Assembly: GCA_013239625.1 (NCBI GenBank)
Contig: MU054908.1
Coordinates: forward strand, 14,622,460 to 14,686,459
Length of the DNA stretch: 64,000 nt
Direction: 5' to 3'
Source: Lama guanicoe
Taxonomy: Eukaryota
In this document: piece after piece, positions 1-10,005 of the stretch
How the letters are laid out: every line of letters starts with the position of its first letter
Numbering within the stretch: position 1 is the stretch's first letter
Made by a program: the position numbers and the translations under genes
Notes under the pieces: model-generated
Databases searched by the model: none
What the model was told of the DNA's origin: nothing
Seen by the model: the letters and a program-made list of their open reading frames with translations, nothing else

Positions 1-432
1 CACAGAAAAATGAAAATGGTTGTACATGACTAGCAGAGTTACGTGTATGTTTACAAATGTTTTGTTTTGTGTCACAAATTTGTTTTAAACATTATTGCTT
101 TTAAAAACACACTTAAAATATTATACTAGGAAAATAATTTTACAATTCTAAATTGGGGTTTTAATCTCCAGGTTAGCATTTTGGTATGTATTATTACAGT
201 TTTTTTTCCTTTGCTTATACTATCTCTTTATCGGTAAAAGATATAGATATAATTTACATATAATTATAATATTTTAATATATCATTATATATAGTTATAC
301 ATAACTTTACTTATATAAAAATAACAATATACTATGTAAGTACAAATTCTGTTCTGAAACACGCATTTTTCACTTAATATATTTGGACAGGTTTCCACAG
401 TATTATATATAGATTCACATAATTTTTAAAAA

Positions 433-636
433 CAGGGGTCAGCAAACTATGACCTGTGGGCCACTCACCCATTCTTGTAAATAAAGTTATATTGGAATGC
501 TCCATGCTTTTTTTGCTTCCACATTGTCTATGAATGTTTTTGAGCAACAACTACAAATTAAGTAGTTGTAAAAGAGACTTTATGGCCCATAACTCTAAAA
601 TATTTATTATCTGGCATTTTAAAAAAAAGAAAGCCT
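433..636 (+). mobile_element. MER58A-like hAT-Charlie DNA transposon relic inside an old L1 remnant
   Basis: Starts CAGGGGTCAGCAAACTATG; contains TTGTAAATAAAGTT and CTAAAATATTTATTATCTGGC, matching the recalled MER58A consensus. Confidence 0.85.
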
Positions 637-1659
637 TCAAATTTCACTGTAGATATTTCATAATTTATTTAAGCAACTATCTATTAATTGACATTTTAAT
701 CATTTCTAATGTTCTGCTGTTATAAATATTCATATAGATTAAATGATAGTTTTATCTGTATTTTAGGTATCTTAGATGTCTATGTCTTGGCATATTTGTG
801 AATATTGATTGTTATCTAGAAGTTCAAAATTTTTTTCCATTGACATTGATATTAATACAGAAATTATTTCCTTTATAATTTTTATCTTTAGTATCATGCA
901 TAGAAAGATGGATAGCTACCAGAAATTGGGCTTTTTGTTGTTGTTTGTTTTTTCAAAAAAGCTAGCTCTCTGCTGAATTCTCCAATATGTACTTGGAAGG
1001 CCCTGCTCCTCCTTATTCCATTTATATCAGGAAAACCGCTCAAAGCCAAAGAAGGAAGGGGCCAGCTGCTGCCCAGAACCCAGCCACCCTGCCCTCCCTG
1101 TGCTCCCACTGCTGGCAACTGAATTGATCTTCCCAGGCTCTGGCTGAGCTCCTTTACCTCCCTGCTTGGTAACTCCAGATCCTGACTGGCACACTGAAGC
1201 AGGCTGCCTGGGGTCCTGCCTGGCCTGGCTCTCCCCACTCTGCCTTCCCATGACTCTGCCTGTGCCCCGGGCCATCCAGGCAGAACTCAACTCTCACTTC
1301 CCTCCTTTCATACCTTGGTTCCATCCATTCTCATATCTCCCATGTCTGGTCTTTAACTAGGATCTCCTTTTGGGCATTGGGAACCCCCCATTCTAGGGTC
1401 AACAAGTTCACCTACATTCTTGAACACAGTTTGTCTTAAATACAGTTCGTGCCCCGCTGCAATTAAAATTTGGTTTTCCACCAATACCAGTGTCATCTCC
1501 AAAGGAGACCTGTCATGTTTCCCCATTGCTCACAGGGCAAGGAGGCATATTTTATTTCGTTGCTACTTCCCTACTTTTTCTCTACCACTCGTCTCAACAC
1601 AATATGTGTTTTGGAAAGAAGCCCAACCCATTCACTTATACATCCCTTCCCCCACCTTC

Positions 1660-1900
1660 CCTATTATTATCTATGGAAATTCAGGACCTCTCCCCTTTCC
1701 TTGATCATTGCAGGATTTCAGTCCTTCTCTCTGCCCTATCCACTGCCATCAACCTCAACAGTCACATGTGAACTTTCCAACATTCTGATCTTACAATTCT
1801 TCTGGGACCAACCCTTTCTTACCCTTCCCATACCTCCTCTCCTTGCCAGCTGGGTCCGCAACACTCACTCATTAATTCTGCCCCAACCTTCCATGGTCAA
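1660..1900 (+). mobile_element. L2 LINE internal fragment, highly diverged
   Basis: Pyrimidine-rich sequence loosely resembling the L2 endonuclease-region consensus. Confidence 0.4.
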
Positions 1901-2020
1901 AAGGCCCTGTGAAGCTCTGCATCACCATTTGGAAAGCTCAGAAGCAAACAGAACTTCCTGCAGTTGAATTCTATTTCAGTTCTAGAAACTAGGCTTCAAC
2001 TTGATATTAAGAATTTACCA

Positions 2021-2128
2021 GTGGGAGAGCACATGCTTAGCATGCATAAGGTCCTGGGTTCAATCTCCAGTGCCTCCATTAAAAAAAAGTAACAATAAAA
2101 TAAATTTTTAAAAAACAGATTAAAAAAA
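2021..2128 (+). mobile_element. Camelid tRNA-Ala-derived SINE (vic-1 type), 5'-truncated
   Basis: GAGCACATGCTTAGCATGCATAAGGTCCTGGGTTCAATC head and A-rich tail; TSD AAGAATTTACCA (2009-2020) / AAGAATTCACCA (2129-2140). Confidence 0.9.
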
Positions 2129-2879
2129 AAGAATTCACCAAGTAATAAAAATGGTTTTCATCTAGCTCCTCTGAGTTTAAGTTCTATAAAAGTGTCCTTT
2201 CCCCACAGGTCTCCATGGGTCCTGAACTGTCTCCTCCAAAACTTCACTCCAAGGCCGGGGCTTCATCTGTGGCAAGCGTTCCTGGCTCCTAAAACCTGCC
2301 ACTGCATCACCTCAACTCTCTGAATATTGCCTGTGTCTAGATTCCAGTAGCCACATTCACCCTAAAGCCGACTGCTCACTTGAACTCTGAATTTTATAGG
2401 TTTATAAATTTCCTGACTACTGTGTTCTGCCTCCTTGACTGGACATTCTCCAAGTATGAACAACTGGGCCTTTATCCTTGGCACCTGCTCACTCGAGTAG
2501 ACTGGTCCAGCTTCAATTCAGTCTGTCCCACCAAGCTGCAATGAACTTTTCTGTGACCAGCTTTGAAATGAGACGTGATAATAGTCCCTGAGCTTCCTAG
2601 CATTCTCTCACAGCTGTCAGGCTGGATTTGCCTTCTCCCTTTGTTCTCCAGTTGCTTAATATCTCCCCATGGGCTCCTTGCTTTTTCTCTTGCATCACTT
2701 GCTTCCCTGACTGTTCCGGGACATTCCAAACTTTTTAGATCCTCTCATGTCTTGGTTTCTCTGCCATCTTCTCTCTGCCAATAATCCAAACTTGGTTAGT
2801 CCCTAGGGTCATCGTTAGGATCATCTACAAAACTTCCAGGTCTCTTCTCTCTAGGTAACTGGTTCAGTCTTACTTCTCC

Positions 2880-3130
2880 ACCTCCTCTGCTCTGGCCAAC
2901 AAAATGTGAGTAATTATGAAGTCTCACTTCCAGGCAGAAACTTTAAGAGATAATGCTTCCTTTGCCACATTCTCTTTCCTTTTGCCTCCATGACCAACAG
3001 TATACTCCGAGGAAAAAAGTGGCCAACCAACCTGCAATGGACATGTAGCGATAGACAAAATAAATCTTTGTTTTCAGCATTTGTGTTTAGGAGGTTGTAA
3101 TCGTACATAACCCAGCCTATCCTGACACAT
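2880..3130 (+). mobile_element. MaLR LTR (MLT1I/J-like), 3' part
   Basis: CACTTCCAGGCAGAAACTTTAAGAG, TGGACATGTAGC, AATAAA and terminal ACATAACCCAGCCTATCCTGAC. Confidence 0.75.
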
Positions 3131-3199
3131 GCTGATCCTACCGTCTATTTCCTCTGCTCACATTTTCAGCCTGTAGCAAACCCCATTGTTTTGCTTGGT

Positions 3200-3657
3200 C
3201 AATGTTCCTCTAAAAGCCACTCCTTCCCCACTTTGAGTTTGTGTAATTCATGGCTTCAGGGGTGAGTGTGACTCAGACCCAGTCAGTCAAACTGTCTCAT
3301 CTCCTGGCCCCAGGGGCTAGTCCAGCGGTGGTCACGGTACCCAAGTGGGGCCAACTGGAGTCTATATTAGGGTTTGACTGGAAAATTGGGAGAGAAATGC
3401 TCTTTTTGTGTGGGCTTGCTAAAGCAGGTCAATTGTATTCTCAGGGCTGCCAGTGGCTACCTAGGAAAGTGGAGCCAAACAATGGAGAAAAACACAGTTC
3501 TGACGACACTGTTTGAGGCCCTGGATTTAGCCATGCCTTAAATCATTATACTCTTTAGACTTTCCTGTTATGTAAGCCAATAAATTTCCTTTTTTCTATC
3601 ATCTATTCTGAATTGCGATTCCTGTCACTTGCAACTGAAAAAGTGCTGATTAAAACA
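3200..3657 (+). mobile_element. MaLR LTR (MLT1K/L-like)
   Basis: 3' end CCCTGGATTTAGCCATGCCT...AGCCAATAAATTTCC...CTGTCACTTGCAACTGAAA. Confidence 0.75.
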
Positions 3658-3839
3658 GCTGTGAAGCATTAATGGCAACATCGGGAAACTATAATTTTTC
3701 CTCATACTTTTACCCTACAGAATATCGACTGAAGTCACACTTGGATCAGCAGTCCTTTGGTTCAGCGTTATTTACTTCCTGTTTTATTCCATATGGTGCC
3801 TATTCCACAGTTTCTCTTCTCCTGAATTCCTTTCCCGCT

Positions 3840-4470
3840 CCCTAAGATAAGCTAGCCTTTCACTTCTCTGAAATCAAATTCATCTGTCTTGAGCTTCCTC
3901 CACTTTAACCCCATTCTTCTGTATTTGCCTCTATCCATCTGTTTCCAAACTTAACCACATTACTTGTTCCTCTGCGGGTGGCTTTTGTGTCCTGGTTTTC
4001 CTCTTATATCTCTGACCACTCCTGAGTCTCCACTTCTTTCCACTGCAGCCTGGGAACAGCTCTCCACAGCCTCGACCTATCTTTTCTTCCAGTGCGGATC
4101 CCTGATATCTCGTTCATTCCTTCGGCTTTATCTGTCACCCACAGGGCAATACCTCTCCAATCTATACATTCCAGTCTTGGCCTGCTAGAATTTTGCATTC
4201 ACATGCCCCAATTGGAAATGTACCTCAATCTCAATATGCCCCAAAGTGAAATTATTCTGCTCTTTCATAATTCAAACTCTTATTTATTCTGGGCAATCTC
4301 AGTTTCTCTCCTCTGTACCCTCAGATCCAATTAGTTACTATGTTCAGTCAATATCACCCTACAATTCCTCCCCAAACCACACCCTCCTCACTACAAACAC
4401 AGCGGCTGGTTCTGGCTTTTATTACTTGCTTTGCAGATTCATGCAATCATTGCCTCAGTTTCCCTAGGAT
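3840..4470 (+). mobile_element. L2 LINE fragment
   Basis: Pyrimidine-rich L2-like motifs such as ACCTCAATCTCAATATGCCCCAAAGTGAA. Confidence 0.55.
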
Positions 4471-4993
4471 GATCAGACTTCAGAAGGCCAAAAACAAATG
4501 AAGTGAAAAGACAAACTGAAGTAAGCTTTCAGTTGCTATCTCTGGTCCAGGCACATACATCAGCTCAGGACTCTCAGTTGACTGCCTGTTAGAGACCTGT
4601 TATTCACAAGCTGGGTCTCAAGATTTCATACCTCTAATCATATCCTCAGCATCCTTGGAAATAGCACATCTTATGCTCAGTGGCCTTTGCTGAAAAATTC
4701 TTTTGTAGTCCTCATGGCTCCACTGAACATTTTAAACATGCTATTGTAAAAGGTTTTCAGAACTCATGCACTATCACTGTTTGGTTAGAGTGTTTGCCCA
4801 GCCTTGTCCCAGGCTCTGACCTTCTAGTTTAACTATAGTCCTGAACAGTTTTTCGTGTCAGGGTCTAATAATTAAAAAGGAAAAACTCAGCTATAGATGG
4901 TACCAGTTCCTTTCTTGAAACAGCATGGATCACTCTTTAAAATATTCAGTTGCTCAGACTAACTACACAATCCAACCCAAACTCCTTTGTCTG

Positions 4994-5522
4994 TTTCTTA
5001 GTCCATTTGGGCTGCTGTGACAAAATACCATTAACCAAGTAGCCTACACAGTTGACCCTAGAACAATGCAGGGATGAGGAACGCCCACCATCTGTGCAGT
5101 CGAAAATCTTAAAGTAGTTTATAGTTGGGCCTCCCTATACACGGCCCATCCATACATGTGGTTCCACACCCGGGATTCAACCAACCAGGGATTGGGGATT
5201 GTGTAGTACTGTAGTATTTACTATTGAAAAAAAAATCATATAAGTGACCTGTACAGTTCAAACCCATGTTGTTCAAGGGTCAACTGTGAAAAAACAGAAA
5301 TGTGTTTCTTATAGTTCTAGGGGCAGAGAAGTCCAAGATCAAGGTGTCGGCCTCTCTCCTTGGCTTGTAGATGGCCACCTTCTATCTCTGTCCTCATTTG
5401 GTCTTTCCTCTGTGAGCATCCACGCCTATGTCCAAATTTTCTCTTCTTATAAGAACATCAATCATATTGGATTAGGACCCACCTTAAAGATCTCTTTTTA
5501 ACTTCATTACCTCTTTAATAAG
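4994..5522 (-). mobile_element. MLT1A/B MaLR LTR interrupted by a Tigger element
   Basis: TCTTAGTCCATTTGGGCTGCTGTGACAAAATACCA, GAAGTCCAAGATCAAGGTG and TTGGATTAGGACCCACC are reverse-strand MLT1A-like segments. Confidence 0.85.
5049..5286. mobile_element. Tigger2a/MER8-like non-autonomous TcMar element
   Basis: Terminal inverted repeats CAGTTGACCCTAGAACAA ... TTGTTCAAGGGTCAACTG are visible directly. Confidence 0.9.
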
Positions 5523-5710
5523 CACTTGCCAATATTCTGGTTTTCGAAAAGTAGATTTGACTTAGATGTGCAGAAATGGGGGATGCGGTAAGGACACAAT
5601 ATTATAAGCAAAGCCCAGAAACCTGGCAAGGAAACCTCAGGGAATGACAAGTGGGCAGTCTGGCTGGCAAGAGAATCGGACATGGGAAATAATACACGGA
5701 TAGGTGGAGT

Positions 5711-5840
5711 CATGGGCTGAACTGAATCCCCCTTAAATTTATATGTTGAAGTCCTAATGCCCCAGGACCTCAGAATATAACCATATTTGCAGATAAGTTC
5801 TTTAAAGAGGTAATTAAGTTAAAGTGAAGTCTTTAGGGCC
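5711..5840 (+). mobile_element. MLT1A/B LTR 5' part, opposite orientation to 4994-5522
   Basis: ATGGGCTGAACTG...ATATGTTGAAGTCCTAA...CTTTAAAGAGGTAATTAAGTTAAA. Confidence 0.8.
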
Positions 5841-5844
5841 CACC

Positions 5845-6457
5845 TTAAAGTCTTTGCAAACCCTGGCTTAGCCAATAAACTAAACCATTTCTCCTAAGGG
5901 AAATACAGGGTTAGGTTCCTGCAAGCCCCTGATCACAACATTTTCATCAACCAGTCCATACATAACCTTCTTTTATGTGCGTTTCTGTTTAAATACATCT
6001 TACTTAATATATATGTTGTTGATTGATTAATGTTGAACAGCCAACAGCACCCTAACTCTCGTCTGAACGAAGCTTATCTAACACTTGTATTTTCTGTGTA
6101 AGGCACATCACAGCCTTCCCGTGCTAAGGAACACTAGACAGAACTTCAGCACTATGCTTGGGGGGTCATTTAAAATAGCAAAACCACCAAGAAAAAGCAC
6201 AAAAATGCAAAAACGTGGCACTAAATAGACCATAAAAAAGTGACTTGTTTACAGTATGAACTAAAACAAGAAGGCATAGCATCACCTTGCTTAAACTCAG
6301 CTGGGAACATGGGTGTTGGCCACTCAAATTTTCGTTGCGCTGCAGGTGTTTGTGAATGAAGCAGAAGTGCTGCAAGTGTGGATTTTGGAGTCACAGATAA
6401 AGTCTAGCAAATCGATGAATTCGCAAATAAAGACCTGTAAGTACTGAGAATCAACTG
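5845..6457 (-). mobile_element. MER82 (TcMar-Tigger) DNA transposon relic, one terminus missing
   Basis: GGAAATACAGGGTTAGGTTCCTG, GGAACACTAGACAG and GTGGCACTAAATAGAC match recalled MER82; ends TCAACTG followed by TA. Confidence 0.85.
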
Positions 6458-6461
6458 TACT

Positions 6462-6550
6462 ACTAACCCCACTTTATAGATAAGAAAACTAAGACTCAAA
6501 GCAGTTAAGGTCTTTCACAAGGTTAGCACGGCCAGGATTCAAACTCCACT
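6462..6550 (-). mobile_element. MIR SINE fragment
   Basis: CCCCACTTTATAGATAAGAAAACTAAG core. Confidence 0.65.
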
Positions 6551-7682
6551 TTACAGAAGAGGGAGATTTTTTTCACCTGTACCAAGTCAGGGTAAGAAAA
6601 AGAGAGCTAAGGAAATCAGCTGAGCACACTAACACGGAGCCTGCAAATAGTGAACAGCTTTGCAAAAACTTGCCAATTACACAAAGCATGCTTTCTGGGA
6701 ATGGCACCAAGATATTAGTGAATAGCAGTTTTACCCTTTAAACAAAGAGGATTGTTCTTAGAAGTGCAGCACTAATATATTTATCTGATGGCCCTAGAGT
6801 CCAAGTGACCGAAATCCACAGCCTTTGTTTCTGCAGAGTCTATGTTGTCAGCTTCTCAATACAATTCTGTCAAAAAAAAAAAATACATTCACGCTTAGGC
6901 ATTACGTAGTATACAAAAGCATAATCAGGGAACTATTATAGTAGGACAATTCAAGGAGTTAGTTTTCAAGTCTGTAAAAAGGGCCTTCATGCACCAAAAG
7001 CATGGTGTAACTACATCACAATGAGCCATTAAAAAAATAATAATAATAGTTCATCAAAAAAAAAAAATCTGTTAAGCTCCTACTGTGTATTGGGCATTAT
7101 GTTAGGTACTCAGCATGAGTGGTGAATATGAAACAGGTCCTGCCTTGGCCACAGTCACAGTTTGTGGCCGAGACAGGTATATTTGTGTGTGTCTGTGTGC
7201 GTGTGTTCCTTGGCGATTCCACTCCCTTTCCCTCCCTCTCATACCTAATGCATCTGTACATTTGCACAGCTTCTGAGAGCCTCCAAGGAGAACTCAAACC
7301 ATCTCCCTTAGGGCTGAGATACATAGAATGAATCAGCTGACCTGGGGATGTCAGAAGCCAAATTACAAAGCAATTTCAAAACCCATGAGAGAGAATTCAC
7401 CTGAGGCAAGAAGGAGTCAGAAATGGGAGAGAGGGCAGGAATCCCAGGCCAAGGGTGACTTGGGGCACTTTAGGAGGGCCCTTTCTTGCACCTGTCTTCA
7501 CTGAGCCACCGCCCGGACACCACGTGTCCCTGATTTTTTTCTGTCTCACTGATCTCCCCTTTGTGGAACCCACCTCCTCTATCCAGCCTCTAAATAAAAC
7601 TGTCCTAGGAGTCAGTATGCAAATTTCTTTTCTTCCTCTTCTCCCTAAGTGATCTGTCTCCTCCAACCTCAGGCTTTTAAAC

Positions 7683-8105
7683 CCAATCAAGGTCCCAACA
7701 AGAAACAGATGGCACACTCGAATTGAGAGAATTCAAGCAGAGATCACTAAAGGGACTGTAAAGGTGTAAGGACAGCAATACTTTGAGGCTAGTAAGGGGA
7801 GGAGCTGTTTCCACTCAAGGACGGGAAGGGGTGACCGGAGGGAGCAGTTACTGCATCTGGAGGGGCAGCTATGTGCAGGCTTGTACATTTTCATGGACGG
7901 GCTCAGGCAACTGAGGGGAACTGCAAGAGGGGAAGCTGGGGAGTAAACCACACCACCTTGCTCTCTTCTCTTTTGATCTGCTGCCAGGCTGGCTGAATCC
8001 AGCTGGAAACCTGAAGGTTGGAGTCCACGACTCCTGTACGGAGGCAGGGAGCAGGGTGGAGAGGCCTGGAGAGAGAATCTGGAAGGCCCACAAAGCTATC
8101 CAGCA
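7683..8105 (-). mobile_element. ERVL LTR (LTR33-like) inserted into L2
   Basis: GAAACAGATGGCACACTC and GAGCAGGGTGGAGAGG...ATCTGGAAGG...ATCCAGCA resemble reverse-strand LTR33. Confidence 0.65.
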
Positions 8106-8109
8106 AGCG

Positions 8110-8715
8110 AGCATATGTTGAAGAGTCTCAAATTTTTACAGCTCTAACCCTCACCTTTCAGGTTGAATCACAATGGCCTGCTTGGACCTCTCTGCCTGAA
8201 TTTTCTACTTGATTGTCCCTTGCCCAGGCCGGGTCCCTGCCTATCCTGTTCCTTCCTCAGTCCCCTCCCGGTTTTACCACCATTCACTCGGTTGCTTAGG
8301 CCCAAACCTAGCTTCATCCCTGAATGGTTTCCTCTACACCCAATCCGCGAGCAAGTTATATCAGCTCTACTTTTAACAAGTGTCTAGAATCTGGATGCTT
8401 CTCGTCGCCTCCACCGCTTCCACCCTGGTCCATCCGCACATCATCTCTAGCTTGTATGGCTGCAATAGACTAACTGGTCCCCCCACCCCCACTCCTGCTC
8501 CCATACGCTTGATTCTACTTCTGGCCGCACTAGGTCTACACGGCAGCCAGTGACCTTCCTCCAGCTACTCTCTAACCCCCTTCCCTATTTAGATTGTCTT
8601 CCCAGCAACTATCTCCACTTAAATGCCTGTCATATGTTTATTCATTTACTTGTTTATTGTCATTTTCTCTATCTATAAAGTGTAGGCTTTAAGAAGGCAG
8701 GGATCTTCTTAAATG
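8110..8715 (+). mobile_element. L2 LINE 3' region
   Basis: CCACCCTGGTCCATC, CATCATCTCT, TTTACTTGTTTATTGTC and AAGGCAGGGA L2 motifs. Confidence 0.75.
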
Positions 8716-8717
8716 AA

Positions 8718-8854
8718 NNNNNNNNNNNNNNNNNNNNNNNNNNNNNNNNNNNNNNNNNNNNNNNNNNNNNNNNNNNNNNNNNNNNNNNNNNNNNNNNNNN
8801 NNNNNNNNNNNNNNNNNNNNNNNNNNNNNNNNNNNNNNNNNNNNNNNNNNNNNN
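8718..8854. other. Assembly gap (others at 29017-29166, 34765-34961, 47191-47338, 49906-50039)
   Basis: Runs of N. Confidence 1.
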
Positions 8855-8926
8855 TAAAAAAACAAACAACTTGATTTAAAAATGGGCTAAAGTCCTTAAC
8901 AGATGCCTCACCAAAGAAGATACACA
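8855..8926 (+). mobile_element. L1 ORF2 3' fragment immediately upstream of the RPL11 retrocopy
   Basis: AACAACTTGATTTAAAAATGGGCTAAAG...CTCACCAAAGAAGATACACA is the conserved L1 ORF2 'NPIKKWAKDLNRHFSKEDI' region. Confidence 0.85.
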
Positions 8927-9207
8927 CTCTTCCTGTTCTCCATCACAGCTCAGGATCAGGGTGACGAGGAGGGCCCCACGTGGAAACTTCGCATCTGTGA
9001 GTGCTGCCTCACCGTTCATGTGAGGGAGAGTGGAGACCAGCTGACCTGGGCAGCCACGGTGCTGGAACAGCTCACGGGCCAGACCTGTGTGTTCTCCAAA
9101 GCTGGGTACACCTTCAGACGCTTTGGCATCAGGAGAAATGAAAAGATTGCCATCCACTGTACGGTCTGTGGGCCAAGGCAGAAGAAATCCTGGAGAGAGA
9201 TTAGAAG
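8927..9207 (+). pseudogene. RPL11: Processed pseudogene of 60S ribosomal protein L11 (uL5), 5' half only
   Basis: 5'-TOP leader CTCTTCCTGTTCTCCATC. Translation AQDQG..LRI..CL...[47 protein letters not shown] matches RPL11 residues ~2-84. Intronless, start ATG mutated to ACA (8945-8947), 1-bp deletion frameshift near 9170. Confidence 0.96.
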
Positions 9208-9534
9208 TAGTTTAATACTTGGCTGTCACCATCTTAAAACTCTTTAAACAGAGGCCTTGCATTTTCATTTTGCTCTGAGCCTTGAAAATTACATAGCCTG
9301 TTCTGATTTTGCCTTTCATCCCTGGAGGGTGAGTATTGTGATTACATGGCTGAAGGAGGAGGGGGCGGGAAAGCTGCAAAGGGGAAAAGTAAATGCTGAT
9401 CACGCTTATGTTACATGTCACTGAATGTGTGCACTTTTAATTTGAAGGGTGAATGAAGTCCTTGGGACAGTTCAAGGGAGGAGGCTCTTAGAAGTAATAA
9501 GCCCTTATTCAAGGCTCTTAAAAATACTTTTAGA

Positions 9535-10005
9535 AATTAGAAGAGTAGTTGACTTTGGAGGGCGGGTAGAGATGGGTACTGAATGGGAAGAGGCACATGG
9601 GAAGTATCTGCAGTGATAGTAATATTTAATATCTTGATAGGAGTTTGTATGCATTTTTCAAACCTCAGAAAATGTACATTTAATATCTATGCATTTCATT
9701 GTTTGTAAATGTTATATCAAAAGAAACTCTATAAACAGAATTGAACTCTAGTTAATGATATGCATGTTGAAATATTTAGGGGGAACTCATATCTGCAATT
9801 TTGATGTTCGAAATGCATCAAAAATTAGGTAAATTAAGGTATATATAAGGAGATGGATGGATGGATAGATAGACAAATAGGTATGTGATAAGGCCAGGAG
9901 AGTAAAAAGTAATGGGAGATGCTGGGTGATAAGTACATGGGTGTTCCCTGTAAAATTATTTCAACTTCCTATGTCTGAAATTTTTCATGCAACGTTGGGA
10001 AAAAA
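9535..10005 (+). mobile_element. Old L1 3' UTR (L1MD/L1ME type)
   Basis: GAACTCTAGTTAATGATATGCATG, GAAATGCATCAAAAA and CTGTAAAATTATTTCAACTT. Confidence 0.8.

Noticed and set aside
8903-9247. 114-aa ORF as a functional RPL11
   Set aside because: Native start lost, many substitutions in a near-invariant protein, frameshift and missing C-terminal half; the upstream ATG comes from L1 sequence.
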